Assembly: GCA_021820105.1 (NCBI GenBank)
Contig: JAKAED010000001.1
Coordinates: 11,534 to 75,533 of the forward strand
DNA: 64,000 nt
Direction of reading: 5' to 3'
Origin: Actinomycetes bacterium
Lineage (GTDB): Bacteria > Actinomycetota > Thermoleophilia > Solirubrobacterales > Solirubrobacteraceae
The stretch's first letter is position 1. Each line of letters begins with the position of its first letter. The notes under the pieces are model-generated. The model had not been told where the DNA came from and ran no database searches. It worked only from the letters and a program-made list of their open reading frames with translations. The position numbers were made by a program, and so were the translations under genes. Shown piece after piece: positions 19,361-29,791 of this stretch.

Positions 19361-19907
19361 GGATCCGCTCCACCCGAGCCAGATCCTCCTGGTTGTTGAC
19401 GGAGATCTGCGCGGCTGGGCGAGGCGATGCGATCGCGGCGGGCGCATCGTACTGGCGCTGGACGGATCGCACCGACTGTGCCGCCCTGACCGCCTGCCAC
19501 AGTCCGGCAAGGGTCGATTGGCGAAACACAGCAGGGAACGGCTGGTCAGGCCAGAGTGTTGCCAGCTCCGCCCGCGTCGCCACGAGCGTGGTGATATCCG
19601 CAGGTTCGAGCAGCGGCATGTCGCAGGGGATGGCGATGACGACTGGGAAGTCGCTCAGCGCGGTGATGACACCCATCAGCGGGTGAACGGGCTCCTCAGG
19701 TTCGAAGAGGACCGGGACACGCAAAGCGGGCAGAAGCGTGCTGCGCTTGGCGACCACGACCACCCGGAGGCCTGCCGCCACGGCGACTTGGACCGGGAAG
19801 TCGATCAGCGGACGGCCGGCGAGGCGCACCAGCGCCTTATTGCCGCCGATCCGGCTGCCGCGGCCCCCTGCAAGCACGGCGACGGTCGCAGACCCCTCTT
19901 GACTCAT
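19347..19907 (-). CDS. mobA: Molybdenum cofactor guanylyltransferase
   Basis: VLAGGRGSRIG.NKAL, PCDMP, SVNN..DL. Confidence 0.85.
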   Translation of the reverse strand: MSQEGSATVAVLAGGRGSRIGGNKALVRLAGRPLIDFPVQVAVAAGLRVVVVAKRSTLLPALRVPVLFEPEEPVHPLMGVITALSDFPVVIAIPCDMPLLEPADITTLVATRAELATLWPDQPFPAVFRQSTLAGLWQAVRAAQSVRSVQRQYDAPAAIASPRPAAQISVNNQEDLARVERILSSR

Positions 19908-19970
19908 GGTCCTAGTCTCTCAGGGGCAGGGTTTTGCCGCCGGAGCCAGAAGTAGACCTTAACTTGAACG

Positions 19971-22691
19971 ATGGCTGCCGCCCGTACCGCCAAGAAGACA
20001 CGCAAGACGACCACCGCGACCGGTAGGTCCGGTGGTGGCCAGCGGGCCGCCACCGGAAGGCGCAGGTCCTCCAGGCAACCACCCACACGCGCGCGCCGTT
20101 CGCTGATATCGGCGCGGCCGCTCCTGCGTGACCTAGAGCCACACCAGATCGACGTGGCCGCGCTTGCGCTGATCGCTCTCGGTATCTTCCTTGGCGGCGT
20201 CGCCTACGGCTTCTGGGCAGGGGGCGCGCTGGGGCGAGGCGTGCTCAGCGGACTGGAACTGCTGATCGGCAGGCTCGCATACCTCGCGCCGATCGCCCTG
20301 GTGCTCGGCGGCGTCAGGGTGCTGGCGCGCGACCTTGAGATCGCGCCGGCGACGCGACCGTTGCGCAGCGGCACCATCTGCCTGCTGCTGGCGCTGGCGC
20401 TGGCCTTTGCGGCAGGCCTGTTTGGGCCGGGAGCAACCCCCAGCTCAGGGGCGTGGGCGGGATCGGTCTTGAAGAGTCGCGGAGGTTTGCTCGGCGGTGT
20501 CGAGTATGCGGTGGCTGGTCACCTGATCTCAAGCGCCGGGGCGGACATCCTGGCGGTCTTCCTGCTGCTCGCCGGGGTGATCCTGCTGAGTGGTGCCACA
20601 TTCGCGTCCGTGATCAACAACAGCCGTCGCCACGCTACGGCGCTGCGGCGCCGGCCGGACAGCGGAAGCGCGACCCGTCGGGCGGAGCTGCGGGCGTTGC
20701 GTCTGCGTCGCTCCGGTGACGATGAGTACGGTCAGATCCGCGTTCCGGAGCCCGGAGCGAGCGACCTGATCGTGCGTGCCAGCCATGTCGAGGCTCCGCC
20801 GATGGATGTGTACGAGGACGTCGACGGTCAGCGCAGCTTCGGCCTGGAGGATCCCGCCGAGGTGGACGAGCTGGCCGCGGTGGAGCCGATTGAGTTCGCG
20901 GACTTTGTGAAGCTCGGCAACCACGGTGACACCACTGAGATGGAGGCCGTGAGCTACGAGCCCGAAGCCGAGCTCGATGCCGTCCCCGAGACCACGCAAG
21001 AGCCGCCGGCCGGCCCGCAACGAGAGGTCGATCCCAGCGAGCTGACTCCCGGCGGCCGCTATCGCGCGTCCGTCACGGAGGACCCGGATTTCATCTGGCG
21101 GGTGCCGTCCACACGCTTCCTGGTGCGATCGACAGGGGAGGCGGCAAAACCTGATACGACCGGCCAGGCGCAGACAGCCAGAGCGCTGGTCGAAGCGCTG
21201 GGCCACTTCGGAATCGAGTCGAAGGTCGTGGGACAGGTGAGCGGCCCCCACATAACCCGCTATGAGATTCGGCTCGCGCCGGGGACGAAGATGTCGAAGG
21301 TCGCGAACCTCAAGGACGACCTTGCCTATTCGCTCGCGGCCACGGATATACGCATCCTGGCGCCGATCCCCGGTAAGACCGCGGTCGGGGTAGAGGTCCC
21401 GAATCAGCGTCGGCGCATCGTGCACCTCGGCGACGTTTTTCAGGAGCCACCGGCCGATTGGTCGCCGCTCACGGTCTGGCTCGGTAAGGACATTGCCGGC
21501 CGCGCGATCGGCGCCGATCTTGCGAAGATGCCGCACCTGCTGGTGGCCGGCACGACAGGCGCCGGGAAGTCGGCATGTGTCAACGCGATGCTCGCGTCGG
21601 TTCTGCTGCGAGCCACCCCGCATGAGGTGAGGCTCGTGCTGGTCGACCCCAAACAGGTTGAACTCAACCACTACGAGTCGATCCCGCATCTGCTCACACC
21701 CGTCATCACGAGCCCGAAGATGGCCGCAAACGCTCTCCAGAATCTCGTGCGTGAGATGGAGCAGCGCTACGGGACGATGTCGCTGGCCCGCACTCGCTCG
21801 CTACCCGAGCTCAACAAGGTTTTGGAGGGCCGCGGTCAACAGCCCCTGCCCTACATCCTCTGCGTGATCGACGAGCTTGCCGACCTGATGATGGTCGCTC
21901 CCGCTGACGTGGAGGACTCGATCATTCGCCTGGCCCAGAAGGCGCGCGCGGTCGGGATCCACCTGGTGCTGGCGACGCAGTCTCCGAGGGTCGACGTGAT
22001 CACGGGCATGATCAAGGCGAATGTGCCGTCACGGATTGCGTTTGCGGTCTCCAGCCAGACCGACTCACGGGTGATTCTCGACCAGAACGGAGCCGAGTCC
22101 CTGCTCGGCCAGGGCGACATGCTGTTCTCGCCAGTTGGCACGAACAAGCTGCAGCGCATCCAGGGCGCCTACATTGACGAGGAACAGATTGCGGAGCTCA
22201 CGGACTCGTGGCGCCGTCAGGGCGAGCCGGAGCTGCGCGAGGAGCTTCTGGAGGAGGTCGAGGGCGACGACGCGGGTGCTGAAAGCAGCAGCGATGACGG
22301 TTTCGATCCGGATGAGGATCCCCTGCTGGAGGAGGCGATCAGCCTAGTCGCGTCCATGGGGACCGCGTCAACTTCGATGCTTCAGCGACGACTGCGCCTT
22401 GGCTACACCCGCGCCGGCCGGCTGATCGACATGCTCGAGCGGCGCGGGATCATCTCGGGTTATGAGGGCTCAAAGCCCCGTCAGGTGCTGATCACGGAGG
22501 CGGACGTGCCACGGATCCTGGTCGCGCTTGCGGAGAGTTCCGCGCCCGCGCCGCGCACGCGGGGCGCGGAGGCCGGTGCGTCAGGAGCGGCAGGTGGGCA
22601 GGTGCAGACGCCGGAGGCCTCCGCCGAGGTGGATGCGGCGGCCCCAACAGACGCTGATTTGCCAGAAACCGGCACTGACTCCCAGGCCTGA
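19971..22691 (+). CDS. ftsK: DNA translocase FtsK
   Basis: N-terminal TM segments, PHLLVAGTTGAGKS, VIDELADLM, gamma domain LQRRLRLGYTRAGRLID. Confidence 0.97.
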   Translation: MAAARTAKKTRKTTTATGRSGGGQRAATGRRRSSRQPPTRARRSLISARPLLRDLEPHQIDVAALALIALGIFLGGVAYGFWAGGALGRGVLSGLELLIGRLAYLAPIALVLGGVRVLARDLEIAPATRPLRSGTICLLLALALAFAAGLFGPGATPSSGAWAGSVLKSRGGLLGGVEYAVAGHLISSAGADILAVFLLLAGVILLSGATFASVINNSRRHATALRRRPDSGSATRRAELRALRLRRSGDDEYGQIRVPEPGASDLIVRASHVEAPPMDVYEDVDGQRSFGLEDPAEVDELAAVEPIEFADFVKLGNHGDTTEMEAVSYEPEAELDAVPETTQEPPAGPQREVDPSELTPGGRYRASVTEDPDFIWRVPSTRFLVRSTGEAAKPDTTGQAQTARALVEALGHFGIESKVVGQVSGPHITRYEIRLAPGTKMSKVANLKDDLAYSLAATDIRILAPIPGKTAVGVEVPNQRRRIVHLGDVFQEPPADWSPLTVWLGKDIAGRAIGADLAKMPHLLVAGTTGAGKSACVNAMLASVLLRATPHEVRLVLVDPKQVELNHYESIPHLLTPVITSPKMAANALQNLVREMEQRYGTMSLARTRSLPELNKVLEGRGQQPLPYILCVIDELADLMMVAPADVEDSIIRLAQKARAVGIHLVLATQSPRVDVITGMIKANVPSRIAFAVSSQTDSRVILDQNGAESLLGQGDMLFSPVGTNKLQRIQGAYIDEEQIAELTDSWRRQGEPELREELLEEVEGDDAGAESSSDDGFDPDEDPLLEEAISLVASMGTASTSMLQRRLRLGYTRAGRLIDMLERRGIISGYEGSKPRQVLITEADVPRILVALAESSAPAPRTRGAEAGASGAAGGQVQTPEASAEVDAAAPTDADLPETGTDSQA

Positions 22692-22709
22692 GCAACTGTG
22701 AACTTTCAG

Positions 22710-22733
22710 GCTCTGCAGGCGTTTCTGCAGAGC
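22710..22733. terminator. Hairpin after ftsK (possible terminator)
   Basis: GCTCTGCAG-GCGTTT-CTGCAGAGC perfect 9-bp stem; no U-tract. Confidence 0.4.
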
Positions 22734-22764
22734 AGAGGCCAGGTGGCAGCGTACGCTTGTCTGC

Positions 22765-23607
22765 ATGGCCGAGATTGGGGCGACGTTGCGGGAGGCGCGG
22801 ATGCGCGCACGCATCGACATCACAGAGGTCGAGGTGGGCACGAAAATCCGTGCCAAGTACCTGCGCGCCCTGGAGAATGAGGAGTGGGATCTGCTGCCCG
22901 GCCCGGTTTACGTGCGGAGCTTCCTGAAGACCTACGGCGATTACCTCGGACTTGACAGCCGCCTGCTCGTAGATGAGTTCAAGCGCCGCTATGAACGCCC
23001 GTCAGACCATGAGCTCGGATCACGCGCGAGCACCATGCGCGAACGCGAGCGGAGTCGGCGTACGCAATCGCCCGGCCGCGTCAGCGGGGTGCTGTTCTCG
23101 CCAAGGACCGTGATCGTTGTTGCCCTGGTCGTGATCCTGGGCGCGCTGTACCTGATCGGAACTCACAATCAGAGGAATTCCACGGCAAACAGCGGCGGCA
23201 TCACGCCTGCCACGCACACAAGTGCGACGGCAGGGCGCCAGCACCATCCAGGCTCCCGGAGCGGCACGAATGGTGCCGGCAATCATCCCGTGACGAACAC
23301 GGTGCCGAAGATTCCAAAGCCGCACCGCACACCGCGCGCCACGCTGACACTCGCGCCGACCGCATCCGTCTGGATCTGTGTTGAGAATCAGACCGGCAAG
23401 CCGCTGATGGCGGCCGCCATCTACACGGCGGGCCAGACGATCCCGACCCTGCGTGCAAAGGAGCTCCTGCTGACGCTCGGTAACCCGAGCGTGACGATGA
23501 CGGTCAACGGGAAGCCCTACACGCCGCACGGAAGTTCCGCCATCGGTCTGAAGATCACGGCGAAGGGCGCCGTGCCAGTGACTCCGGCCCCCACGTGCGC
23601 CGGGTGA
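22765..23607 (+). CDS. rodZ: RodZ-like HTH/membrane cell-shape protein
   Basis: [34 protein letters not shown]; one TM segment; DUF4115-like C-terminus. Confidence 0.85.
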   Translation: MAEIGATLREARMRARIDITEVEVGTKIRAKYLRALENEEWDLLPGPVYVRSFLKTYGDYLGLDSRLLVDEFKRRYERPSDHELGSRASTMRERERSRRTQSPGRVSGVLFSPRTVIVVALVVILGALYLIGTHNQRNSTANSGGITPATHTSATAGRQHHPGSRSGTNGAGNHPVTNTVPKIPKPHRTPRATLTLAPTASVWICVENQTGKPLMAAAIYTAGQTIPTLRAKELLLTLGNPSVTMTVNGKPYTPHGSSAIGLKITAKGAVPVTPAPTCAG

Positions 23608-24944
23608 GCGACCCCGCCGTTTTCACAGGGCAGGCCCGCGTGCGGGCGGGCATCCTCGTCACGGGAACCGAGGTGTTGACCGGGATCATCCCCGACCGTA
23701 ACGGCCCCTGGCTGTCTGAGCGGCTGCGCGACCTCGGGGTGGACGCCGCCACGATCCAGATCGTGGGGGATCGTCCAGCGGATCTGCGTCAGGCGCTGGG
23801 CCAGATGGCAGCTGCGGGTCTTGATCTGATTGTGACCAGTGGAGGCCTTGGGCCAACGGCGGACGACCTCACGGCTGAGATCGTCGGTGCCTTCTGCGGC
23901 CGCGAGATGGTTCTGGACGAGGCGCTTGAGGAGCGGATAGCCAAGATCATCGAACACAATCTGCATCGCTGGCCGGATGCGGACCGGGAGGCGATGCGGA
24001 CCGCCAATCGCAAACAGGCAGTGATCCCACGCGGCGCGACCATCCTTGAGCCACACGGCACCGCACCGGGCTTGATCGTGCCACCCGCAGACGGTCACGA
24101 CGGCCCGACGGTGGTCGTGCTCCCCGGTCCGCCGCGCGAGCTGCAGCCGATGTGGGAGGACGTGCTGAGCGCACGAGAGTTCCGGCGGGCAATCGCCGAT
24201 GCCACCCCGTTCCGGCGGGAGATCGTTCGCTTGTTCGGGCTTCCGGAGGCCGAGATCGCCGCGACCTTGCGCGCCGCCGCTGCCGCCGGCCTGCATCTGG
24301 AAGCGCTCGAGATCACAACCTGTCTGCGGCGCGGCGAGCTCGAGATCTCAACACGCTTTGAACCCGCGTCACAGAGTGACTATGACGCGCTGGTGGCGTT
24401 CGTGGCCGAGCGCCACCCGAGGCGCCTCTTCTCGCAGGACGGGAGCACGATCGACGAGCAGGTGGCGCAGCTCCTGCTGCAGGGTGGGGAGACGATTGCA
24501 GTGGCTGAGTCCTGTACGGGCGGCCTGCTGGCCGCCCGATTGACCGACCGTCCCGGATCGTCGGCCTACATGCTCGGCGGCGCCGTTGTGTACAGCAACC
24601 AGGCAAAGAGTGATCTGGCCGGTGTGGATCCGAAGGTGATCGAGACCCATGGCGCTGTATCGGTTGAGGTGGCCAGAGCGCTCGCGGAGGGGGTACGCCA
24701 GCGCTTCGGAAGCTCGCTGGGCGTAGGCATCACGGGTGTGGCTGGGCCGGGCGGTGGCAGCGCGGAGAAGCCGGTGGGACTTGTCTGCTTTTCAGTGGCT
24801 CATGGCCGTTCGGGAGACGGTTCGACCACACGAACGTTGACCCGTGTGCGCGAGCTCCCAGGCCAGCGCGCGGACGTGCGGGAGCGCTCCACCACCGTGG
24901 CGATGCATCTGGTGAGGCGCATCCTCAGCGGAGAGTGCGACTGA
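23604..24944 (+). CDS. cinA: Competence/damage-inducible protein CinA (MoCF-binding + NMN deamidase)
   Basis: [45 protein letters not shown]. Confidence 0.93.
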   Translation: MSDPAVFTGQARVRAGILVTGTEVLTGIIPDRNGPWLSERLRDLGVDAATIQIVGDRPADLRQALGQMAAAGLDLIVTSGGLGPTADDLTAEIVGAFCGREMVLDEALEERIAKIIEHNLHRWPDADREAMRTANRKQAVIPRGATILEPHGTAPGLIVPPADGHDGPTVVVLPGPPRELQPMWEDVLSAREFRRAIADATPFRREIVRLFGLPEAEIAATLRAAAAAGLHLEALEITTCLRRGELEISTRFEPASQSDYDALVAFVAERHPRRLFSQDGSTIDEQVAQLLLQGGETIAVAESCTGGLLAARLTDRPGSSAYMLGGAVVYSNQAKSDLAGVDPKVIETHGAVSVEVARALAEGVRQRFGSSLGVGITGVAGPGGGSAEKPVGLVCFSVAHGRSGDGSTTRTLTRVRELPGQRADVRERSTTVAMHLVRRILSGECD

Positions 24945-24988
24945 ATCGACACACCACCGTCACACAGTCGACACATCTGGGCATTGTG

Positions 24989-25002
24989 CGAACAGATGTT
25001 CT
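24989..25002. promoter_or_regulatory. LexA (SOS) box upstream of recA
   Basis: CGAACAGATGTTCT matches Gram-positive GAAC-N4-GTTC; TAACTT -10 at 25027-25032. Confidence 0.88.
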
Positions 25003-25069
25003 GTGGTTCCGTCCGAGCCTAGTCGTAACTTGACTGGTTGAAAGGCATCGGACAAGGAGCCAGACGGGC

Positions 25070-26194
25070 ATGAGTGAACAGGGAAGGGCGAACGCGAAGC
25101 TCGCCTCTGCATCGGCGGATCCAAAGTCCGATGCCAAGCGCCAGGCGGCATTGCAGGGCGCGCTTAGCCAGATCGAGCGTCAGTTCGGCAAGGGAACGGT
25201 CATGCGCATGGGCGACCCGGGAGCGCGTGTGGCGGTTGACGCCATTCCGACCGGAGCGCTCTCGTTGGACATTGCGCTGGGGATCGGAGGTGTTCCCCGG
25301 GGACGCATCGTTGAGATCTTCGGCCCGGAGTCATCGGGCAAGACGACGCTTGTCTACCACATCCTTGCGGAGGCGCAGAAGCTTGGCGGAGTCTGCGCGT
25401 TTGTGGACGCCGAGCATGCGATGGATCCGCTGTACGCCCAGCAGATCGGCGTGGATATCGACGAGTTGCTGGTCTCCCAGCCCGATTACGGTGAGCAGGC
25501 CCTGGAGATCGTCGACATGCTGATCCGCTCGGGAGCGGTTGATGTCATAGCGGTCGATTCGGTCGCGGCGCTGACGCCGAGAGCCGAGTTGGAGGGCCAG
25601 ATGGGCGACCAGACGGTCGGTGTGCAGGCGCGGATGATGTCGCAGGCGATGCGCAAGCTCACCGGCACGCTGAACCGCACCCAGACGCTTTGCGTGTTCA
25701 CCAACCAGATCCGTGAGAAGGTCGGAGTCATGTTCGGCTCGCCGGAAACCCAACCGGGTGGGCGTGCCCTCAAGTTCTATGCGTCGCAGCGACTGGACAT
25801 CCGCCGGATCGAGACGCTCAAGGATGGAACCGAGGCGGTGGGTAACCGAGTTCGCGTGAAGGTCGTGAAGAACAAGGTCGCAGCACCGTTCAAGCAGGCT
25901 GAGTTCGACATCGAGTTCGGCAAGGGGATCTCCACCTCGGGATGCCTGCTGGACTATGGAATCGAACACAACATCATCAACAAGTCGGGATCGTTCTTCT
26001 CGTATGGAGATGAGCGACTTGGTCAGGGACGCGGCAACGCCAAGGCTTATCTGGATGAGCACCAGGAAGTTGCCAAGGAGATCGAGAGCAAGATCTACGC
26101 GGTGCTGGGGATCGGACAGGATCTTGTGAAGCCGATCGAGCATGGCGATGCGGAGGATCCCGAGGCCGGTCGAGACTTGGATGAAGCCGCCTGA
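25070..26194 (+). CDS. recA: Recombinase A
   Basis: [33 protein letters not shown]; no intein. Confidence 0.99.
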   Translation: MSEQGRANAKLASASADPKSDAKRQAALQGALSQIERQFGKGTVMRMGDPGARVAVDAIPTGALSLDIALGIGGVPRGRIVEIFGPESSGKTTLVYHILAEAQKLGGVCAFVDAEHAMDPLYAQQIGVDIDELLVSQPDYGEQALEIVDMLIRSGAVDVIAVDSVAALTPRAELEGQMGDQTVGVQARMMSQAMRKLTGTLNRTQTLCVFTNQIREKVGVMFGSPETQPGGRALKFYASQRLDIRRIETLKDGTEAVGNRVRVKVVKNKVAAPFKQAEFDIEFGKGISTSGCLLDYGIEHNIINKSGSFFSYGDERLGQGRGNAKAYLDEHQEVAKEIESKIYAVLGIGQDLVKPIEHGDAEDPEAGRDLDEAA

Positions 26195-26207
26195 GCGTTT
26201 CCGATAG

Positions 26208-26765
26208 GTGGCCGGCAGAGATTCAGAGAGAGCATCGTCGGAGCCTCAGACTGCGACCGTTGCGGGTCGAGGGTTCGGTATCGCGTATGCGTATCTGAAT
26301 CGGCGTGAGCGGACCGTCGCGGAGGTCCGCGGACGACTGCAGCGAGCTGAGATTGGCGATGATGAGATCGAGGCGGTCCTGTCCGAACTCTGTGAGTTCG
26401 GCTACCTTGACGACGCCCGTTACGCACGGGTGTTCACGCAGGACAAGCGATCGCTCGAGCTCTGGGGCAACGCGCGCATTGCGCGTGCGCTGCGCGAGCG
26501 CGGAGTGGCCGCCGACCTGATCGAGCCGGCGCTTGCCGAAGCCCCCTTGCCCACTGACGAGCCGGATGGCGGTGACGCTGAGCAGGCGCCAGAAGCAGAG
26601 AGTGAACTTCAGCGGGCGGTGACACTCCTGAAGCGACGATTTCCCAACGGCGTGAGCTCGCCCCGTGACCGCGAGCGTGCTTTCGGAGTGCTCGTCAGGA
26701 AAGGGTACGAGTCTGAGATCGCTGCTGATGCCGTGCGCAAGTGGGCTCGCCAGGCGGAACTCTGA
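26208..26765 (+). CDS. recX: Regulatory protein RecX
   Basis: YLNRRERT..EV, GYLDDARYA, LVRKGY; directly after recA. Confidence 0.88.
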   Translation: MAGRDSERASSEPQTATVAGRGFGIAYAYLNRRERTVAEVRGRLQRAEIGDDEIEAVLSELCEFGYLDDARYARVFTQDKRSLELWGNARIARALRERGVAADLIEPALAEAPLPTDEPDGGDAEQAPEAESELQRAVTLLKRRFPNGVSSPRDRERAFGVLVRKGYESEIAADAVRKWARQAEL

Positions 26766-26798
26766 CCTAGGGCAGAGGGGGCCGGGCGCGATAGCATC

Positions 26799-26961
26799 GC
26801 AGCTAGCGAACGATTGGCCGGATCCTCCGGTCTTACCTGAAATGCCTGGAAACAGTGTGGAAGCTGAAACCGAAATCGTCCCCAAGCGAAGGAGAACTCC
26901 GCCGCTCGGTCGCTGCTGAATAGTGATGAGACTGATGCGTCCGCGTCCGAGCGGACGCTTT
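26799..26961 (+). ncRNA. Candidate structured cis-regulatory RNA in the rny leader
   Basis: Nested stems and an RBS-proximal hairpin with a competing 8-bp pairing (see findings); family not recognised. Confidence 0.45.
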
Positions 26962-26974
26962 GAGAGGAACGACC

Positions 26975-28414
26975 ATGGACATCATCGTCGCCGCAGCGTT
27001 GATTGCCGTTGGGATCGTTGTAGCTGCGGCTGTCTATGCACGCAGAACCGGGGGTGGCTGGAGTGCTGCGAGCGTGGCTCATGCCGGCGTCGCTGCTACA
27101 GCCGCGGAGAGTCTGGTGGAGGTCCGGCCGGCGCTCTCGCCAACCGCCGGGATCACCGGCGTTGTCAGTGAGCACGGTGAGGAGCTCGCTCGCAGGGAGC
27201 TGGTGCTCACCCAGCGCGAAACTGAGCTGGCTGAACGCGCTGGGCGCCTGGCGGACCAGCAGGAGCAGCTGATCAACGAGCTGGAACGGATCGCAGGCGT
27301 ATCCGCCGCCCGCGCGAAGCAGCTGCTGATTGAGACGATCGAGGATGAGGCGAGGCGGGAAGCCGCCAGACGCGTCCGTCAGATCGAGGACGACACCAGG
27401 CGCGAAGCCGACCGACGGGTGCGCAACATCCTGGCTGTGGTGATGCAGCGCCTGGCGGCAGCGCACGCAGCCGAAACGACCGTTTCCGTCGTGCAGCTGA
27501 GCTCCGACGACATGAAGGGCCGGATCATCGGTCGTGAGGGCCGCAATATCCGCGTTCTGGAGACACTCACCGGGGTCGACTTCATCATCGACGACACGCC
27601 GGGAGCGGTCGTTCTGTCAGGGTTTGACGGGGTTAGGCGAGAGATCGCACGACTGACGCTCGAGCGGCTGCTGCAGGATGGACGCATCCATCCAGCACGG
27701 ATCGAAGAGGTGTACTTCCAGGTCAAGTCCGAACTGGAGAGCCACATTGTGGAGGCAGGTGAACAGGGTGCCTTCGAGGCCGGCGTGCAGGGGCTTCACC
27801 CTGAGCTGGTCCGCTACCTGGGCCGCCTGAAGTTCCGCACCAGCTATGGCCAAAACGTGCTGGCGCACTCCGTGGAGGTTGCCCAGTTGGCCGCGATGAT
27901 GGCCTCCGAGCTCGGAGCCGGGGCCAAGACGGCCCGGCGTGCGGCGCTGCTGCATGACATCGGCAAGGCGGTGACCCATGAGATGGAGGGGCCACACGCG
28001 TTGGTCGGTGGCGAGTTGGCCCGCAAGTACGGGGAGGCTGAAGCGGTCGTGCACGCCATGCAGGCCCACCACAACGAGGTTGAGCCCCAGACGGTGGAGG
28101 CTGTGATTGTCCAGGCCGCGGATGCACTCTCCGGAGCGAGGCCGGGAGCGCGTGGTGAGTCGCTTGAGCTGTACGTCAAGCGTCTGCGAGACCTGGAGGA
28201 GATCGCGACCCGGCATCACGGGGTTGAGAAGGTCTACGCGATGCAGGCGGGCCGGGAGATCCGCGTGATCGTCGCTCCGGATCTGATCGACGACGCAGGG
28301 GCGACGCTCCTCTCCTTTGAGATCGCTCGCAGCATTGAGAAGCAGCTGGAGTATCCGGGGCAGATCAAGGTGACGGTGATCAGGGAGTCGCGGGCTGTTG
28401 ACTACGCGCGATGA
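26975..28414 (+). CDS. rny: Ribonuclease Y
   Basis: N-terminal TM segment, coiled coil, KH motif [15 protein letters not shown] motif [15 protein letters not shown]; GAGAGGA RBS. Confidence 0.96.
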   Translation: MDIIVAAALIAVGIVVAAAVYARRTGGGWSAASVAHAGVAATAAESLVEVRPALSPTAGITGVVSEHGEELARRELVLTQRETELAERAGRLADQQEQLINELERIAGVSAARAKQLLIETIEDEARREAARRVRQIEDDTRREADRRVRNILAVVMQRLAAAHAAETTVSVVQLSSDDMKGRIIGREGRNIRVLETLTGVDFIIDDTPGAVVLSGFDGVRREIARLTLERLLQDGRIHPARIEEVYFQVKSELESHIVEAGEQGAFEAGVQGLHPELVRYLGRLKFRTSYGQNVLAHSVEVAQLAAMMASELGAGAKTARRAALLHDIGKAVTHEMEGPHALVGGELARKYGEAEAVVHAMQAHHNEVEPQTVEAVIVQAADALSGARPGARGESLELYVKRLRDLEEIATRHHGVEKVYAMQAGREIRVIVAPDLIDDAGATLLSFEIARSIEKQLEYPGQIKVTVIRESRAVDYAR

Positions 28415-28468
28415 AGCCAATGACGCTCGCGATCGCTGAACCGGCTGCCCATCTACCCTGTCGGTGAC

Positions 28469-29791
28469 ATGTCACGCCAGTACCACCTCACCACCTTCGG
28501 GTGCCAGATGAACGAGCACGATTCGGAGCGAATGCAGGGCATGCTCGAGTCGCTCGGCTACAGCCAGGCCACCGAGCGCGCGGCCGCCGATCTGATCCTG
28601 TTCAACACCTGTTCGATCCGGGAGAAGGCCGATGAGCGCTTCATCGCCCACCTCCACGAGGCACGCGCACTCAAGCGCCGCCGACCGGAGACCGTGATCG
28701 GTGTCGGTGGGTGTTGGGCGCAGTCCGTCAAGGAGGAGGTGTTTCGACGCTTCCCGTTCGTGGACGTGGCCTTTGGACCTGGGCAGATGCACAAGCTGGC
28801 GGAGTTCCTCACGAGCGACTCGATCGGGGCTCAGGGCTACTTTGAGTTTGAGTCCTTCACCGGTGACCTGCCCGTCAAACGCGCACGCGAATTTCAGGGC
28901 TGGCTGCAGATCAGCGTCGGTTGCAACTGCGTCTGCTCCTACTGCATCGTCCCGTCGACCCGCGGCCGCGAGGTCAGCCGTGACCCCGCGGTGTTGATCG
29001 CAGAGGCGCAACGGCTGGCTGCAGACGGCGTTACGGAGGTCACCCTCCTGGGGCAGAACGTCAACTCATACGGACGGGACCTGCCTCATCCACAGCGGTT
29101 GTCATTTGCGCAGCTGTTGTCCGCGGTCGACAGCGTGGACGGGATCCGGCGTATCCGCTACACGAGTCCGCACCCCAAGGACATGCGCGAGGACGTGATT
29201 CGCGCTCACGCCGAGCTGCCAGCTCTGTGCGAGCACATCCACCTGCCGTTGCAATCAGGCTCAAGCGCGGTGCTCAAGCGCATGCGCCGCACCTACACGC
29301 GCGAGCGCTATCTGGACCGCGTGGCGCTGATCCGCGAACTCGTCCCTGATTGTGCGCTGACCACCGACATCATCGTGGGCTTTCCCGGGGAGACCGAGGA
29401 GGACTTCCAACAGACCCTGGAAGTGGCTGAGGAGGTCGGCTATGACGGCGCCTTCACGTTCATCTACTCGCCCCGACGTGGGACCGAGGCCGCTGAGATT
29501 GACCAGCAGATCCCACATGAGGTCAAGGTCGAACGCCTTGAACGGCTGGTTGACGTGGTCCAACGCCGAGCAGCGGAGCAGGCGCAGCGCTTTGTGGGAC
29601 GTACCCTTGAGGTGTTGGTGGAAGGACCGTCACGCACCGATCCGAGCCGGTTGCGCGGCCGTAGCCGTCACAACAAGGTGGTGAACTTCGACGGGCTGGG
29701 AAACCCAGGGGAGTACGTTGACGTTGAGATCACCGGAGCAACCAGCCAGACGCTGACCGGCGAGATGTCGCTGGTCGCGCGCGCCGGTTGA
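28469..29791 (+). CDS. miaB: tRNA i6A37 methylthiotransferase
   Basis: TFGCQMNEHDSE, NTCSIRE, CNCVCSYC, LLGQNVNSY, TRAM domain. Confidence 0.97.
   Translation: MSRQYHLTTFGCQMNEHDSERMQGMLESLGYSQATERAAADLILFNTCSIREKADERFIAHLHEARALKRRRPETVIGVGGCWAQSVKEEVFRRFPFVDVAFGPGQMHKLAEFLTSDSIGAQGYFEFESFTGDLPVKRAREFQGWLQISVGCNCVCSYCIVPSTRGREVSRDPAVLIAEAQRLAADGVTEVTLLGQNVNSYGRDLPHPQRLSFAQLLSAVDSVDGIRRIRYTSPHPKDMREDVIRAHAELPALCEHIHLPLQSGSSAVLKRMRRTYTRERYLDRVALIRELVPDCALTTDIIVGFPGETEEDFQQTLEVAEEVGYDGAFTFIYSPRRGTEAAEIDQQIPHEVKVERLERLVDVVQRRAAEQAQRFVGRTLEVLVEGPSRTDPSRLRGRSRHNKVVNFDGLGNPGEYVDVEITGATSQTLTGEMSLVARAG

Noticed and set aside
26181-26207. CCGATA before recX as a second sigma28 promoter
   Set aside because: Poor -35 match and spacing; recX is adequately explained as co-transcribed with recA.
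26886-26900. GCGAAGGAGAACTCC resembling part of a glycine riboswitch
   Set aside because: The other conserved elements (upstream GGAGA, CUCUCAGG) are absent and the gene context does not fit.
26924-26962. TGATGAG / CTGATG followed by a hairpin, resembling a hammerhead ribozyme core
   Set aside because: No CUGAnGA directly before the stem and no GAAA after it; the core is incomplete.
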